A stretch of DNA of 64,000 nucleotides. It comes from Marsupella aquatica (lineage: Eukaryota; Plantae; Marchantiophyta). A program made the position numbers and the translations under genes. Below are positions 36,346 through 49,875 of the stretch, piece after piece; positions within the stretch are counted from its first letter, which is position 1; each line of letters opens with the position of its first letter. The stretch spans positions 15,407,037 through 15,471,036 of the forward strand of contig OZ316891.1 of the NCBI GenBank assembly GCA_973895155.1, in the 5' to 3' direction. Below the pieces are notes generated by a model. It made no database searches, had not been told where the DNA came from, and saw nothing but the letters and a program-made list of their open reading frames with translations.

Positions 36346-39300
36346 TTACCCTATACGTTCTATGGTGTCAAGTGTCGAGGGGTGAGGGGCAAGGTGTTGG
36401 CCATCGAGGCGAAGAGGGAGTCAGGAATCAGGAGTTGGGCGGTGGGCACTACGGGGAGGGAGGAGGGAGGGGAGTTGAGAGTCAAGTGGGAGTTGGTCGG
36501 ACGGAAGTCCCAACTTTGGGCAAGAGTTGGTTGCAGTGCGGCAAGGTCAGGCGCAGGCGGTCGAGGCATTGGAGGCAAGGCCCAGGTCAGTCGCAGCGCG
36601 GTACTATGGAGTTTTTTTCTTCTTTATTGCTTCCAAATATTACCATTGATTTTCTTCACCCAAAACATCCTTGCAAGTTTGAATGATGACCACAACAAAC
36701 AAAGGCACAACAGTGTATTATAGGTTTTGATTCATTTCATAACTTAAGTAGCCCAATGTCCTAGCACAACGTCCCTCCTCTGTTGCACAACACCATTGAG
36801 AATAAGTGATGTTGATTGTAGATGTTATGGAGCATCAGTGAGATGGCCAGGAACTTGACAATTTGGAATGCCAGGGAGGCCTGGTGATTATATTTCAAGT
36901 AGTGTGTGAGCTGCAGGGGAAGTGAGTGACAGGGTGTGTGTGGAAAATTGCAACTAAAAAATGTACCATAATCAAACTGCCAGGAATGGGTTGCGTGTGG
37001 AAAAGGTGCACAGTTGCACTTTTACATTATCTCAAGGTTAGTAAAAATGTCGTCATAATCAAAGTGCCAGGAAGGGTTCCTGCCAAAATGACATTTTGCA
37101 AAATGATCTCCTAAGCATTTTGGATCTCTTGGTTAGTAAAAATGTAGCCATAATCAAAGCATTTTGGATTGTTGGGGAAAAATCTGTGTTAGTTGCCTAA
37201 TCATTCGTACTCTATTTTCTCCATTCATTTAGGAACCATCTTGAAAATCACTTTTTGTTCAGATAATGTCTATCCTTGCATGAATATTTTTGCAAAGAGT
37301 TCTTGGTACATTGAAATCCTCACATCAAATATTATGAATCATTTGACTATCACTTTAATTGGATTTCGTATATTAACATGTTATGGGTGATTTTCATATT
37401 TACAGATCTACGTCTTGCAGCTATGTTTACGTGTTTATTTAGGGAGAAAAGTTCCAAGGGCTTGAAACCAGCATAAGGCAGACAGATGCGCCAACTCCCT
37501 CTTTGGCAATGGAGGGTGCCTCACGTATGATCTGAAACAGGAGCGAATGAACAAACTTAACTTCCACTTTTATGGACTTCCATGCTTTGAAGAGTCACAT
37601 CCTTCTTTGCATGTTAACTCGAGCCAGGATGGGTAGAGCGTAGAGAAATCGATGAGGTCTTCTTGGTGGCATGGAGTTAGACAGACCTTTCTTCCTAGCC
37701 ACTTTGTATATTCCTGCAGAGCTTAATCCCCGGTGTAGGCAGCATGGATCCGTTGGAGGCACCAGAAGCATGGGAGAATCAGAAGCTCCTGTGGACTTCG
37801 GGATGTCAAGTGATTCATCATTTTATAAAAGTGGGGACATTTTGCCAGATTGAGACTTCCAGGGCAGTTCCACAAATGTCCCCTCAATCGCCAACGGAGA
37901 GATGGGCAATCACAATGGTTCAATGAGGTCAACGTGGGCACTATGGATTGGAGTTGATGACTTCTCAGTTTTCAGTCGTTCTACTACAAATCATGAAGAA
38001 CAAGCATACCAATGTTGCCGTAACCTCAATATAGAATTTGGTCACCCTCTACTCAAATCCACGAACTCTTCTCAGTCTAGATCTGACAGACAAAGCCTCA
38101 ACCCAAGTATCCCGACAAAGCTTTCAACGTAAAGAACCCTGGATCAAACAACACTGCGCCTCAGAACTTTTACGAGATCCTCTTCAGACCTTCTGTAACA
38201 TATAAGCCGAGAAATCGTGCGGATGACTGACGACCAAATTTTTCCATTTCAGGCGTTCTCGTCTATCATTCTTCTCTTGCAAACCTTAGAGAGGCCCCCC
38301 ATAAATATCGATATTGACAACAAATACAGTCATTTGCTGTAGCACATCTACATCTGCGTGAGCTGAATAGATACCTGACCTACGAAACATCCAGAATCGG
38401 CGGGTAGACTTCGCATGGCAGGACGGCAATTTCGCTGTCACGCAATCTTTCTCGGCTGGCAACACACCAGAGTCTGAGATCCCATAATAATATCAAGACT
38501 CAACGATATATATATATCTCGAAAATTTCCTCGTACATGCTACACTAGCTCCGTACAGAGCCGGCCCAAAGGCTGAAACGACCCTGCTCAGCCACACTCG
38601 CAAAATCTCTCCGCCACCCTCCAAACCGCTCACCCACACCGTAAATTAACCAATACAAGGGATAAACTGCTTCTCATTAACTTTGAAGGAGCTGCAAGGG
38701 AAAGCTTAGAACATGTCACCAGCGCGCAGACTATCCCTTAAGGTGACACAGAAAAATCAACTCTGATATCAAAATTTACATAGGGAGATTCGTATCAGCC
38801 GGGTTCAGGTGCTGTAACACCTTTTCTGCACTGATCCATGCACCAACGCATCCAAGTGATGTATATTTAATTGATCTCCACCTGCTCGACATAACCAGAT
38901 TCGGTGAAACATCGGTCTGGGCAACTTAGCAGTTCAGCTTCTAATAAGAACAATCGTGACAACATTCCAATTCACTCCAAGTACATGCTTTTGTATACTC
39001 ACCAGCTTTTGTATGGTAAGGCCAGGCAGTGTAAATGAAGATGGTCAACACTGTTGAGAGGTGGTCTGTGAAATCCAAGCCTGAGAGAAAATTTGAAAAA
39101 ATTAACATTTGTAGAAAATCCCACTTCTGTCAGGATGATTTCAACTTGGAAAGGCAATGTAATCATAACAAAAATTATCCAAAGACATTACACCTTGTGC
39201 TCAGGTTAGAATAGTTGGCTCTACATGTAATGTTGCGAAGGAACCTAACTTCAAATTTAAGATACGCCCTATTTGAATGACAGTACATCGATCTAAAGGT

Positions 39301-42300
39301 CTAATTAAAATCCTACCTTTCTGTCATTGAGATCTGACACGAAATTGTCAGGAAGAAATTAAGCAGCAAGGATGATGGACAAAAGAACTCCCAAACGAGC
39401 ATTGCAGATTACAAACATGATGTGCGTCCTACCTTTGATGAGAATTAGGTGCATTCTTGTCCAACAATAACTGGCCAACTTTCTGCATTCGAAGCACTAA
39501 ACCCAGCAAGGTTGCAATTCGTCAGTTCAAACCACCGTGAGAACTCCAAATTAAAAGAAATGTTCGTTTGCTTTCAGGATGCAAGGCAGACATGAAAAGC
39601 AGAAGTCTATAAATGAACAGGAAATCTGTCGCAGAGTGGACATGACGAGGGCTGAAATGAATTCATTTTAAAATTTAGAGGATCCCAATCAGACACTAGC
39701 AGCGTGTAGGGCGGCATACGCGAGCAAATTATTAACCCATTGCAAATGAAACACCAGAGTGAAATGATTTGGCGAAGTTCACCATTCATTCGTTCCAGCA
39801 GAATAAATCAGTAAAAGACGGCGGCAATCATCCCTTCACTACGAATACGAAAAATTTCCACCAGATTTTTCAAGACTTTCAAATGGAAGCGACCCGGTTA
39901 CAAAAAGCACCTAGAGCAAAATCGTCCTCAGATTTCGTGAGGGTTTTCACATTCTTGATGTGAGCAACAGGAATAACGAGGTAGTGCCTGCACCCATGAA
40001 CATCATAGCATAAATTGGAGCTAAAAAGCTTGGTGTGAAGCAATACTTCTGAGTAATCTGCTAACTACGATGAACGAACTTTTTGCAAAGGACTCTCATC
40101 CCAGCAGAGAGTCGTAAACTCTACGGCCCTTGCCCTACCCTTGCCATTCCTTCCTCGTTTATGCGGTGCATTGTAGGGATCCACACAAAATATATGAATT
40201 CAGAGGATTCCTCTTCTACGCCAGCTTGCTTCAATAACTCTCAACCCCTTCCTGCTGTCAAGGCACCAACCTAAAAGCTTGCGGACTGCGATCTTCAAAC
40301 GCAACGACTTGATCATCCTGCATCAAAGCCCGCCATTGCCCCGTTTTCCTTCGTCAATATCCCATCTTACCTGGCCAGAACCTGCATTTCGTCTAAGAAT
40401 CAAGGGACCAAGTAATCAAAATTATTCAAATACAATAACCAATGCAATTATTCACCAGATCCAAGCTAGGACAAAAATTTCGTGTCTACTCTGCGAGGAA
40501 AACAGCAAGAGCCCCAAACTGGACCCTTTTGTACGGAAGTCAAGTTGACCGGTGACTGTGACGCCCTTGAGGCTTGGATGGAAAATGTGAAAAACTTTAA
40601 GAAACTCCATACGGGATGTCTTGTCTACGAAGCAGGAGGGCTTTCAAACAGAGATTCGAATAATTGCGTAGGATGTTGCGCACAAAGGGGAATGAAGTGC
40701 AGTAGTGATATTATCAAGCCCTCTATGGACGTGCATATAAGGCGGAAGGTAGCTTGAGCAACAGAGATTCAAGCTCGTAAACTGCGTCAGAAGGATCGTT
40801 TTTCTTACTACCACTAAAGCGCCACTAAAGCCTATCAGGATGATTCCTCCTCACAATATGAATCCTCCATCTGTATAGCATTCGTATGAGCATCATCTGA
40901 AGCGAGAAAACAGCATCATAGGCTGGTCTCTAAAAGTCCGTCCAATTCGATAGCAATCATTAAATTGAGCCACGCGACAGCAACAGGGTTGGAGAGGTGA
41001 AGGACACACAGACACACAGACCCATACAGCAGAGAGAGAGGGAGAGAGACCTGATACAGAATGGCAGCTGTGCGGCCTTCCGAGCGACCGTCTACAATGT
41101 GGCAGAATGGACATTGCGCGATCTTTGCCATCATCGATTGGATCCTTCGCTAAGTTCTTTCTGCCCACTCTCCTCCTGATGCGTCTCTGCTCGTCCTCCT
41201 GATCACACCTTTCTCGCGCAGTCAAGTCAAAGCTCTTTCTATGCCACCGCTCTTCTGCCCCACTACTGTGGTAAAGCCTTTTGGCTCTTTGGTGTCCTTG
41301 GTTTTCACTTGCTGCCTCCCCCCTCCTTGGCTTTCCCGCCCCGTGGGATGCTGTCTTGTTGCCTCCCCCCCACCCCCCCTTGGGCCACTATCCATTAGTG
41401 TGACTACTAGCTCCATGACCAGTTAGTTGAATGTAAATAGATATGAAAAAAATTATTGCACAATAAAAGTTACACTCTATTTTGTTTAGTCTTTGCCCAT
41501 CTTTGTTTTTTGTCCATCCTCATTTCCCCCTGTCTTTTTTGAGTTCATGTCACTTTTGTCCATACTCATTCAAAATTTTGAATTTATTGAATCTCATTAT
41601 CAGTTTTGTCTATATTGGGAGTTATGGTCTAGAGGCTTCACTCTAAGACCTAGGCCTTAAACCACCACTGTCCATATAAAAGGAGGAGTGTCCAAGACTC
41701 CTCACTTTTTCACATTTCTTTTCTGTGGCTTGAGACTTTGCTCCACAATTTCAGGAAAAGTATGCTAAAAATGGTGAAACTGGTGGAACCAGGTTTTGTC
41801 ATGGTCAGTGGCGCTTTAAGATTAGGCTTCACTTGGCACTTCTATAGTAAGATTCTACTATGGTAGTGGGAACAATAGGGCATCTCAAAACTTGGCCCAT
41901 AACCACCAGTTTTGGTCAGCAGGCAGGAGGGCGTGGACATGTGTTGTAGTGGCCATCAAAAAACTTTTCCGGGAATTTATAGTTCCAGGAATTTGTCTAT
42001 AAACCCGATTGGAGGCACGCAAGAGAGATTTGAGAGGCCCTAATGTATTGGGACCAATGTGGGGTAGGCTGCCCATGTACCGGGCTGTGGGCCATGTTGC
42101 TGCAAGTGAGGAGGCTTAGCTCTACTTTACCCAATGACCTTTCCTAACTGTTTTATGTAGAGGTCTTTGGGAGGTTACACCCAACCTTTGACCACATTTT
42201 TATATCTTGCACAATTCATTATGTTGAGCAGAGGCTTTAGCCACCCCCCTTCCCCTGCGTCCCCACACTACGATACTGCTATCACGACCTTTTTTGACAA

Positions 42301-43022
42301 CGGGTGTTTGTTGTGCTTCAGCAGACATAGAGGTTTAACTATTTTGCATGGAACTACTGGTTTTAGTGACTCTTGTTGGATTTCCTTACTTGACTCTCCT
42401 ATGCAGCTCGCAATGGAGTTCTAAAACTCTTTGGTTTGCCAATAGGTATGCTTAAGGGTCTTTTTGTCCCTGATTGTTCTTGTGTTGTGATTCTGCCTGG
42501 TTCCTTCAGGCTTCCTGGCCCTTTGGTTTTCCCCACTTGTAGGTTTTTTGCCTGTGGGATCATGTCTCCGGGTGAGGCAGCTTTGGTTTTTATGGCAGTT
42601 TGAAATATACTTGATCCCATTTTATTTATTTTTGGCAGTGTGATATATATACTCTTATATAACTAATCATAAAGCTCCTTCAATAAGGGGGAGTGCGGAC
42701 AAGGCACAAATATGTGGCACTCAGGCCAGCATGCCTACATATTTGTTCTTGCCTCTTCAGTTGGGCAATTTGTAGACGAGTGATGATGGAGTGTCGTGTG
42801 GTGGCCTTGTTGTCGTTTTGATCATATCTTGCAAGATGTGTTGTCATTCATGTAGAGCAACCTCAAGAGCAACTACCTTTATTCCCTATTGTTTTTTGTT
42901 GTTGGAGAAGTAAATTTGGTATTTAATGACAGTTCCATCGACTGTGGTCACATAGTTTGCTTGTTAAAATTTTGGACCAACAAAATATTGTAGAGTGCTT
43001 GTGAACTTCAAAAGAGTTTTGT

Positions 43023-43373
43023 TATTAAACAAAGGCAACATTCACAACAACATGCCCATAAACATCCAATTAACAAATAGTCGCTACAAAGAGATATGTG
43101 GGTCACCTTTGATGAGACTAGTACATCCTCGGGAACACACAAGAGCTTTATTGCACTCTAGGCTCGAAGGCCATACCAAGTCTTTGCAATTAACACAAGC
43201 TCTCCTTATCTCTAAAATTGCCCTGCAATAAATGAGCCTAAGTTCCTTCTTACAAGAGACAACATGCTTGTGTATAAAGTGTGTAGCATGGCTAACCTAA
43301 CCAAGTTTGCAACTAAGGTTAGTCTAACTTCGGCTGCAATTGTAACTCGAGACCTAAGAGTAGATACCTAACA
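43023..43373 (-). mobile_element. Old solo LTR related to the Copia A LTR
   Basis: TTTGT on both sides (43018-43022, 43374-43378). Shares gggaacacacaagagcttta.tgcactctagg, ggccataccaag and atgagcctaagttcc. The left TG has mutated to TA. Confidence 0.8.
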
Positions 43374-44379
43374 TTTGTGTATGTCACAAAATTTTCAGAT
43401 CAAGCTTAGAATTTTGTTTACATGACAAACAAAATTCTAAGCCTTTTCTCCCCTTTATTGTGTTTGGTACACTCTTTCTCTGTATTGTCAGCCTTCTATT
43501 CTGGCACTATTTGACATTTCTTTATGTGATGCACTCCCGCTCTGTCTTCTTCTGTCCTGCCCTTCCCTACCCATTTGCTCCCTTTGTGCTTTGAATTCTT
43601 TTATATTTATGTCCATCCTACACTCTTGTCCTTTTGCACTTTTTATGTTTTCTTTTAGTCCTGCCCTTCAGCCTTTTGTTCTTTGCATTGCTTTATATTT
43701 CTTTTAATTCTGCCCTTCTGCCTTTTATTGTTTGCACTACTATATATTTCTTTCAACTTTTAATTACTTCGCCACAAAAGATGTTTGAATTGACAATACA
43801 CATTTTTTTGTATATAAAAATATGGCACTCTTTCTTGTATGGATGGATGACAAGTACACCAACCTAACCATATACTAAAAGCTGGGGCATGTTTGAAAAT
43901 ACAATCTTACTTATAAATTGCAATGAGAAGCTTGAGTTGGGTCTAGGCTTCTAGAGTGGAGCCTCTAGACCGTAACACAAGGGCCCCACCAAAATTTCTA
44001 TTATCATTCGAAGAATGTGTAAATACAATGATAGAAGTGTAAATTGGAGTATCTTTAATGTCAATGTAGTTAAAAGTTGGAATTTCTGTTTGTACTGCAC
44101 TCCTATCCCCCGTGCCCGACCCTGATTCACGATTTAGGTAAAGGGATGGCATCTTACTTCTAAAGCCAGAAAGAAAGCTACAATTGGGGTCTGGACTTAT
44201 TTCAGTGAAACTACTTGGCCGTGATTTTAGGGTCACATCAAAATTATCTACATGAAAAAAAGATGTGCATGGAGAGAATCATGTATGTTAAAATGATGGT
44301 TTGTCATCATTTCATTAACATTCAAAGAGTGTACATTGAGGCTCATGTTTCATTAATATTCAAAGAATGGGTGTTGATT

Positions 44380-46943
44380 CGTAATCCTTGTCAAGAAGAA
44401 AGGTTACTGGTGTGTAACCTTTTCTACTAGGTGCTACCATTTCCTTAACCTTGTGCCCAGAAAGTCTTACTCGGTTATCTTTTTTCCGGGCAGATGTTAC
44501 ATATGATAATGACTGTTTGGGCTGGGATTCTAGTTAGAAACCTGTTCCAACAAAGCTCAGAACACTACCCGATTGCAGCCCGTCAACATTTCCTCACTTT
44601 TTGGTCACAGGGTTACAGAATAGTAACCCTAGATGTTACAAGGGTTAGACTAGTTGGAACTCATTCAAAACAAAGTCTCACAACAGGAAATCTAACCATA
44701 ACCCAATTACCTACTGAGGCAGAAATCGAGAAGATGGTCTTTTCTCTGCCAAAAGAAAAATCACCCTGGATTGATGGAGCCACTACATAAATGCTACTGA
44801 AGGGATGGGAGTTTATGAAACCAGCATGTGTTAAAAGGATCCATGCCTACTGAAAGGACGGGAGGATGACCACCCGGGCTGTTGCGGGAGTCATTAAGCT
44901 TATTCCAAAGAACCTGGAGGTCCTGGAATTAAGCAATTGGAGACCCCTCACTATGCTTACTCTGACAGAAAAATTGATTGTCAAGTTGGTTGCCAATCGG
45001 ATCAAGAAGGTTGCAAACAAGTTGGTGGATCAACAACAGATAGGGTTTCTTGAAGGGCGTGATATCCTGGATAATCTCCTGAATTTCAAGCTTGCTCAAG
45101 ATTATGCTCCAAATAGCAAACAACCACTGGTTTTCCTCAAGTTGGACTTTACCAGAGCTTGCGACAGGCTGGAACACTCTTTTCTGTGGGCTATGATGAG
45201 AGCTATGAATTTTCAGGAACAGGTAATCACTCTGGCGAAGGGACTGTTGAACAAACCCACTCCAAGGTCCACATCAACGGGAGATTTACTGAACCAATCA
45301 GGTTGGACAGGGGAATTCAACAAGGCTGCCCTATGTCCTCGCTCCTTTTTGCCTTGACCACGTGACATCTGATGGCGCTCTGCAGGAAGAAGATTGAGAT
45401 GGGCAAATTGACCGCATTGAAGCTGGCAGACAATCAATGGCTTTGCCATCAGTTATTTGCTGACGATACGGGGCTCTTTTCGGCGGTATCAGAAAGGAAT
45501 TTTCAGACTGCTCGGGAGATCATTCAACAATATGAACTGATCTCTGGAGCATTGCTGAATGTGCAAAAATCCAAGATTATCCCAGTTTATCTTGCGGATG
45601 GAGCCTATCCGGATTGACTGAGAGCCACCAGATGCTGAATTGCACAAGAAGGTGAGATCACTGAATATCTTGGCTGTCCGATTGGATATAAGATCCGCCC
45701 TTCTCACGAAGCAACGTTTCTTGTGGGGAAATTGAGGAAAAAATTTAACCACTAGACAAACAAGAGTCTCTCCATAACGGGCAGATATGTTCTGCTTAAA
45801 CATGTACTTAGGGCTATTCCAACTTATCATTTAATTGATGACACTGGCTCTATACAAGACAGGTTTCCAGGAGATGGAAAAAGTGTGCCGCAGATTTCTA
45901 TGGGGTCCGTCACACAACAATGGTTTCAAAAAAGCTCTCATTGCTTGGGATGTAATTGCCACCCCCAAGGAGGAAGGGGGGGGGGGGGGGCTGGGAATTC
46001 AACCTTTCAACGAACAGGCACAGGCTTTGAAGATGAGACATATTACAAAGCTCATTTCTAAGGCGAACTGCGAGTGGGTTGTAATCGCACAGGAAATCAT
46101 TACGAAGAGTCTTAAGTCTGGACCTGGCAAAAAAGAGAGAAGAAGGCGGATTGCAACGGAAGCTCTGCTCCTCGAAGAAGAACTGAGAGTTCAGGGAACC
46201 CCCACCCTGAATGGAATGCTCCAGTATATGGAAGGAGAGAAATGAAGCTTCTTACTCTGACTTTTTGGGGCATTTACCCGGTTGGGTTGTGCTGCATAAC
46301 ATGGTCACCCATCTGTGCACGATGAGGTCCGGTTGCCATTCGGAGAAAAAATAAACAACTTAACCAGGCCAAATGTGCACAACTCCAGGACACACTGAAA
46401 CCATGGGAGACAATCGAGAGCCCTCTTACCTTGAATTCTGAAGAAACTGATAAGTAACAACCACTCCACACTGAGGCCGGAGTACCACCACGGTCAAGGC
46501 ACTTTCACTGACCTTGACATGGGACAGAACAACTTTCCTAATCCTTGGATCAGTTTTCCTCAGTTTAGAGCCAGTGGCAATTTTAGTTGTTGGCCCACTG
46601 GCTGGTATGACATTGTTAGGAGTAAGGGTCACACTCCTCACAAGAGTACCAGTTTCAGAATTCACATCTCTCTTTGCAACAAACTTATTAGTATTTATCC
46701 GTATAGAAAATTTATTTGCACTCAGAGCAGGTGCCTGTTTAGGGTCCCTTGGCCTGATTAGTTTTTTTTCCTGCTGTTTGTGGGCGCGCTGCCCCCCTCT
46801 GTTCCGTTTGCTTGGGCAGTTTTGTTCCCTTGCCTGGTATTGATGGGCCCTTGCGCCCCCCCTTTTAAAAACAAAAAAAACAGGGGTTAGACTAGTAACC
46901 CCAAACGTCACAAGGGTCACAGACTAGTAACCCCGGACCAAAC
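44380..46943. mobile_element. Second copy of the 36-kb MITE family, split by a LINE
   Basis: Similar to 36100-36340 on both sides of the LINE; ends in ggaccaaac at 46943. Confidence 0.7.
44655..46879 (+). mobile_element. 5'-truncated, degenerate L1-clade LINE (RT region)
   Basis: KSPWIDG, LIPK..NWRPLTML, QQIGFLEGR, KLDF..A.DR, RGIQQGCPMS, LFADD and YLGCP motifs, with frameshifts. A-rich tail at 46867-46880. ~17-bp TSD aca(a/g)gggttagactagt at 44638-44654 and 46880-46896. Confidence 0.92.
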
Positions 46944-47083
46944 ACTATAATGATTCTGCCCTGGCCGTAGGTGTCTTTTATGTCCTGAGCTGTAACTCAG
47001 TTACAAGTGTGCTTTGACACGTCCTATTATCCAAGACTAAAGAGTCGTCACCCTGTACAAAGAATGTGCATTGAGCCTCGTGA

Positions 47084-48209
47084 GAAGATATATGCTTGAT
47101 GGGCCCTTTGGTGAAATTTCTTACCTGATGGACCCCAGCCTATGAAACTGTTTAAACCTAATAGGCCCATACGAAACCTTTTTTATTTAATAGGCCCCCT
47201 CTTAATGAGCTGTACTCACTGTTCTTATGTGGTGCCAAACTATGTAGTTGACCATAACGGGGTTGTAAATAGGACGGGGTGGGTTTAGCCATGAAGACAT
47301 ATATTAATTGCATTATGTATTTGTGTGTTGTGAGGGGTTTAGGATTGTTGCCGCTACCTGTCAATCGTTGCTCTTTGACTCTTTGTGTTGCGGGAGGGAA
47401 GCACTCGAGTTTTATTGATGCTTGGGCTTTTTTGTTGATGCTCAATGCTTGGGTTTTGTCGATACCTTCAGGTTGTTGATTGAAGCCTAGTGCCTAATGC
47501 CCGATGGTCAGTGATAAAAAAAGTGCTCATGGAAATACTAGGATCATAACGACCACACATGTTTCTCCGGACTAATAGTCGTAGATAAAAAACGTTGAGA
47601 AAATCCTGTGTGGAGCACGTGAAAGTAAGCCCCATGACTACCTCGCAATACACCAAAAATTCAAATTCGAAGACATAATCCATATTGTCTTCACTTTGCA
47701 GTTCGTGTAGGGTCCAGGGTTCAAATCTGGCGACATAATCCATATTGTCTTCACTTTGCAGTTTGCATAGCGTTCGCACTTCAAATTCAAAGACATAATC
47801 CATATTGTCTTCACTTTGCAGTTCGTGTAGGGTCCGGGGTTCAAATCCGGCGACATAATCCATATTGCCTTCACTTTGCAGTTTGCATAGCGTTCGCACT
47901 TCCAATTCAAAGACATAATCCATATTGTCTTCACTTTGCAGTTTGGATAGCAGTAGTCACAATTCTGCGGTTCCCCTAACCTTCCGCGGTTCCCCCAACC
48001 GTGTTGTTTGACCTTTTTGTTTAATTGTGCAAGGTTGGGTGCGGGGTTCAATAGTGCAATTGGTCATTGCATAACAAAAAAATTGGTTACAATGACTCAT
48101 ACAAGGACAAGTGACACAAAAGTGTACGAGGGGGCTATTAGGTGAAAAACGTTTCGTAGGGCCATCAGATAAGAAAGTTAGACCAAAGGGCCCATCAAGA
48201 ATATAACTC
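47084..48209. mobile_element. Non-autonomous MULE/foldback-like element with ~85-bp TIRs
   Basis: cttgatgggccctttggt..ttctta.ctgatgg on the left is mirrored by ccatcagataagaaa..accaaagggcccatcaag on the right. Candidate 9-bp TSD gcctcgtga / ggcttgtga (7 of 9 match). Confidence 0.75.
47660..47944. repeat. 60-bp tandem repeat with 120-bp higher-order (ABAB) structure
   Basis: gacataatccatattgtcttcactttgcagtt occurs five times at a 60-bp period, with two alternating 28-bp linkers. Confidence 0.95.
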
Positions 48210-48417
48210 GGCTTGTGAGTGACGAATAGAGCATGGACTCTCCACCCTACCCTAAACTTGGTGCACGATAAACTTCACTCCTACTACTACACTACTTATT
48301 CGTGTACGCGAGGCGAGAGAGTAACCGGACGAACAGCAGAGCGAGCTATCGATCCATCGAAGTAAGTGCTTTGCAAGCTTGTGATTACATCCCTCGGTAG
48401 AAGGAACGCCATTCGCA

Positions 48418-49875
48418 ATGGCTCAAGCAAAATTGGCCAAGACCGCTGTAGAGGCTGTCACGAGGCCCGGCCCCAACCTCATCAAGGAAATCGTCATGGG
48501 CACCTCTCTCGGCATCTTCGGTAACACTTCTATCACCTTCTCTCATGAATTCGTGCGTGTACAGATGCTCACGTAGAGGGCGACAGAGACGAATGATATT
48601 GTTATCTGGTGTCAGCTCCACGCATGACTGTCGTGTGTGTTGTATGGTCTCGATATCGGACTTGACCTAATTAACTTCGTTTTTATCTCTCCGGGTCTAT
48701 ACATCAAAGGAGTGGAACTAGAGAATGTATCCGTGTCTGGCGATGTAAATTGGTCTGCATGTCTCGATATTGGACATGACCTAATCGAGTTGCGAGTACT
48801 TGCCCTCAAACCTAAACTGCGATAGGGAGTCACGTGGAACGGGATTTATGATTATAACCACATGGGAAGAAGAGGAGGAGGTTTTCGTATGGCATCTGTT
48901 TTCGAGATTTCTCTTCATTTCTTTTTTGCCTTTCGGTTTTGGTTAGCTGTTATATCTCCTCCTCTTCCCTTTAATTTTTAGTACACCTTGGAGCAATTTC
49001 TCCATCTATTCGTGTCGATTGGGCGTAGTCGTGAGCGATTTTCCCGATCGATTGCAAAACTTAGTGGGTAACTTCGCCCGAAACACAGGAAAGATCTCTT
49101 CCCTGTAGATGCATTTTGCTGAGTAATAGCGAAACCTTGAAAGCACCTTGGATTGATCCTGTTCTGGTGTTCAAAATCGGTGTTTGAGATGAAATTAGAC
49201 TGGACGTTATGCCGTTGTCCGGGACATGGTCACTCTTGTTTGGCTTAACTTCGAACAATTTCTCCAATTGCGAGATCTGGCTGGCAAGTTGATACCTCGC
49301 ATAGTCTACTGTAGCGTACTTTCGTTGTCCCTATGGCATGAGCAATCGCCGAATTTGTATTTAATGAGGGGGAAGATCTGGTTTAGGGGTCACTGATCTG
49401 GAGAAACGACTACTTCACGCCTGTTAGCATGGTCTGTCCTGCAGGTTCGCAAATTTGAGAAATTGTGGCAGTAGTCAGCAATCGTGAACTTGATCTGCAT
49501 GTCTTATTCTTTGGAATGTCTCACATATGGGTGGTGACCAGAGAGAGCTGTTTGGAAGGAAGGGTATGTCCCTGGGGATATAAAGGACTGATTTTAGGGT
49601 CATGTAAAAGCTTTCAAGGTGGATTTGTTATCGATGAGAATGAATTGTTGGAAATGAGGGGTGGCTGCAAGTCGGTGAGAAACCCGTTGGGTCGGATCGT
49701 GTCGGCACATCAGTTTGAAGGCGTTGAGAGTTCGGTTCCTTATCTGACCCCTTTTTGTTGCTGTGATGGAACAGTGGGCTCATTCTGGAAGATGTATCAT
49801 ATTAACTCGCGAAGGAGGGTCGAGGAATTCTATAGTGCTCTTGAGAAGGGGGAAATCACAGTCGAAGCTACATAG
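48418..49875 (+). CDS. COX5C: Cytochrome c oxidase subunit 5C (67 aa, 2 coding exons)
   Basis: Exons 48418-48520 and 49775-49875 (GT-AG, phase 1) give MAQAKLAK..GPNLIKEIVMGTSLGIFVGSFWKMYHINSRRRVEEFYSALEKGEITVEAT, matching the plant COX5c pattern GPSVVKE..G..WKMHH.N..R....FY..LE.GEI.V. Confidence 0.93.

Noticed and set aside
47660-47944. CRISPR array (32-bp repeat + 28-bp spacer)
   Set aside because: Spacers alternate ABAB and resemble each other; there are no cas genes; the context is eukaryotic and inside TIRs.
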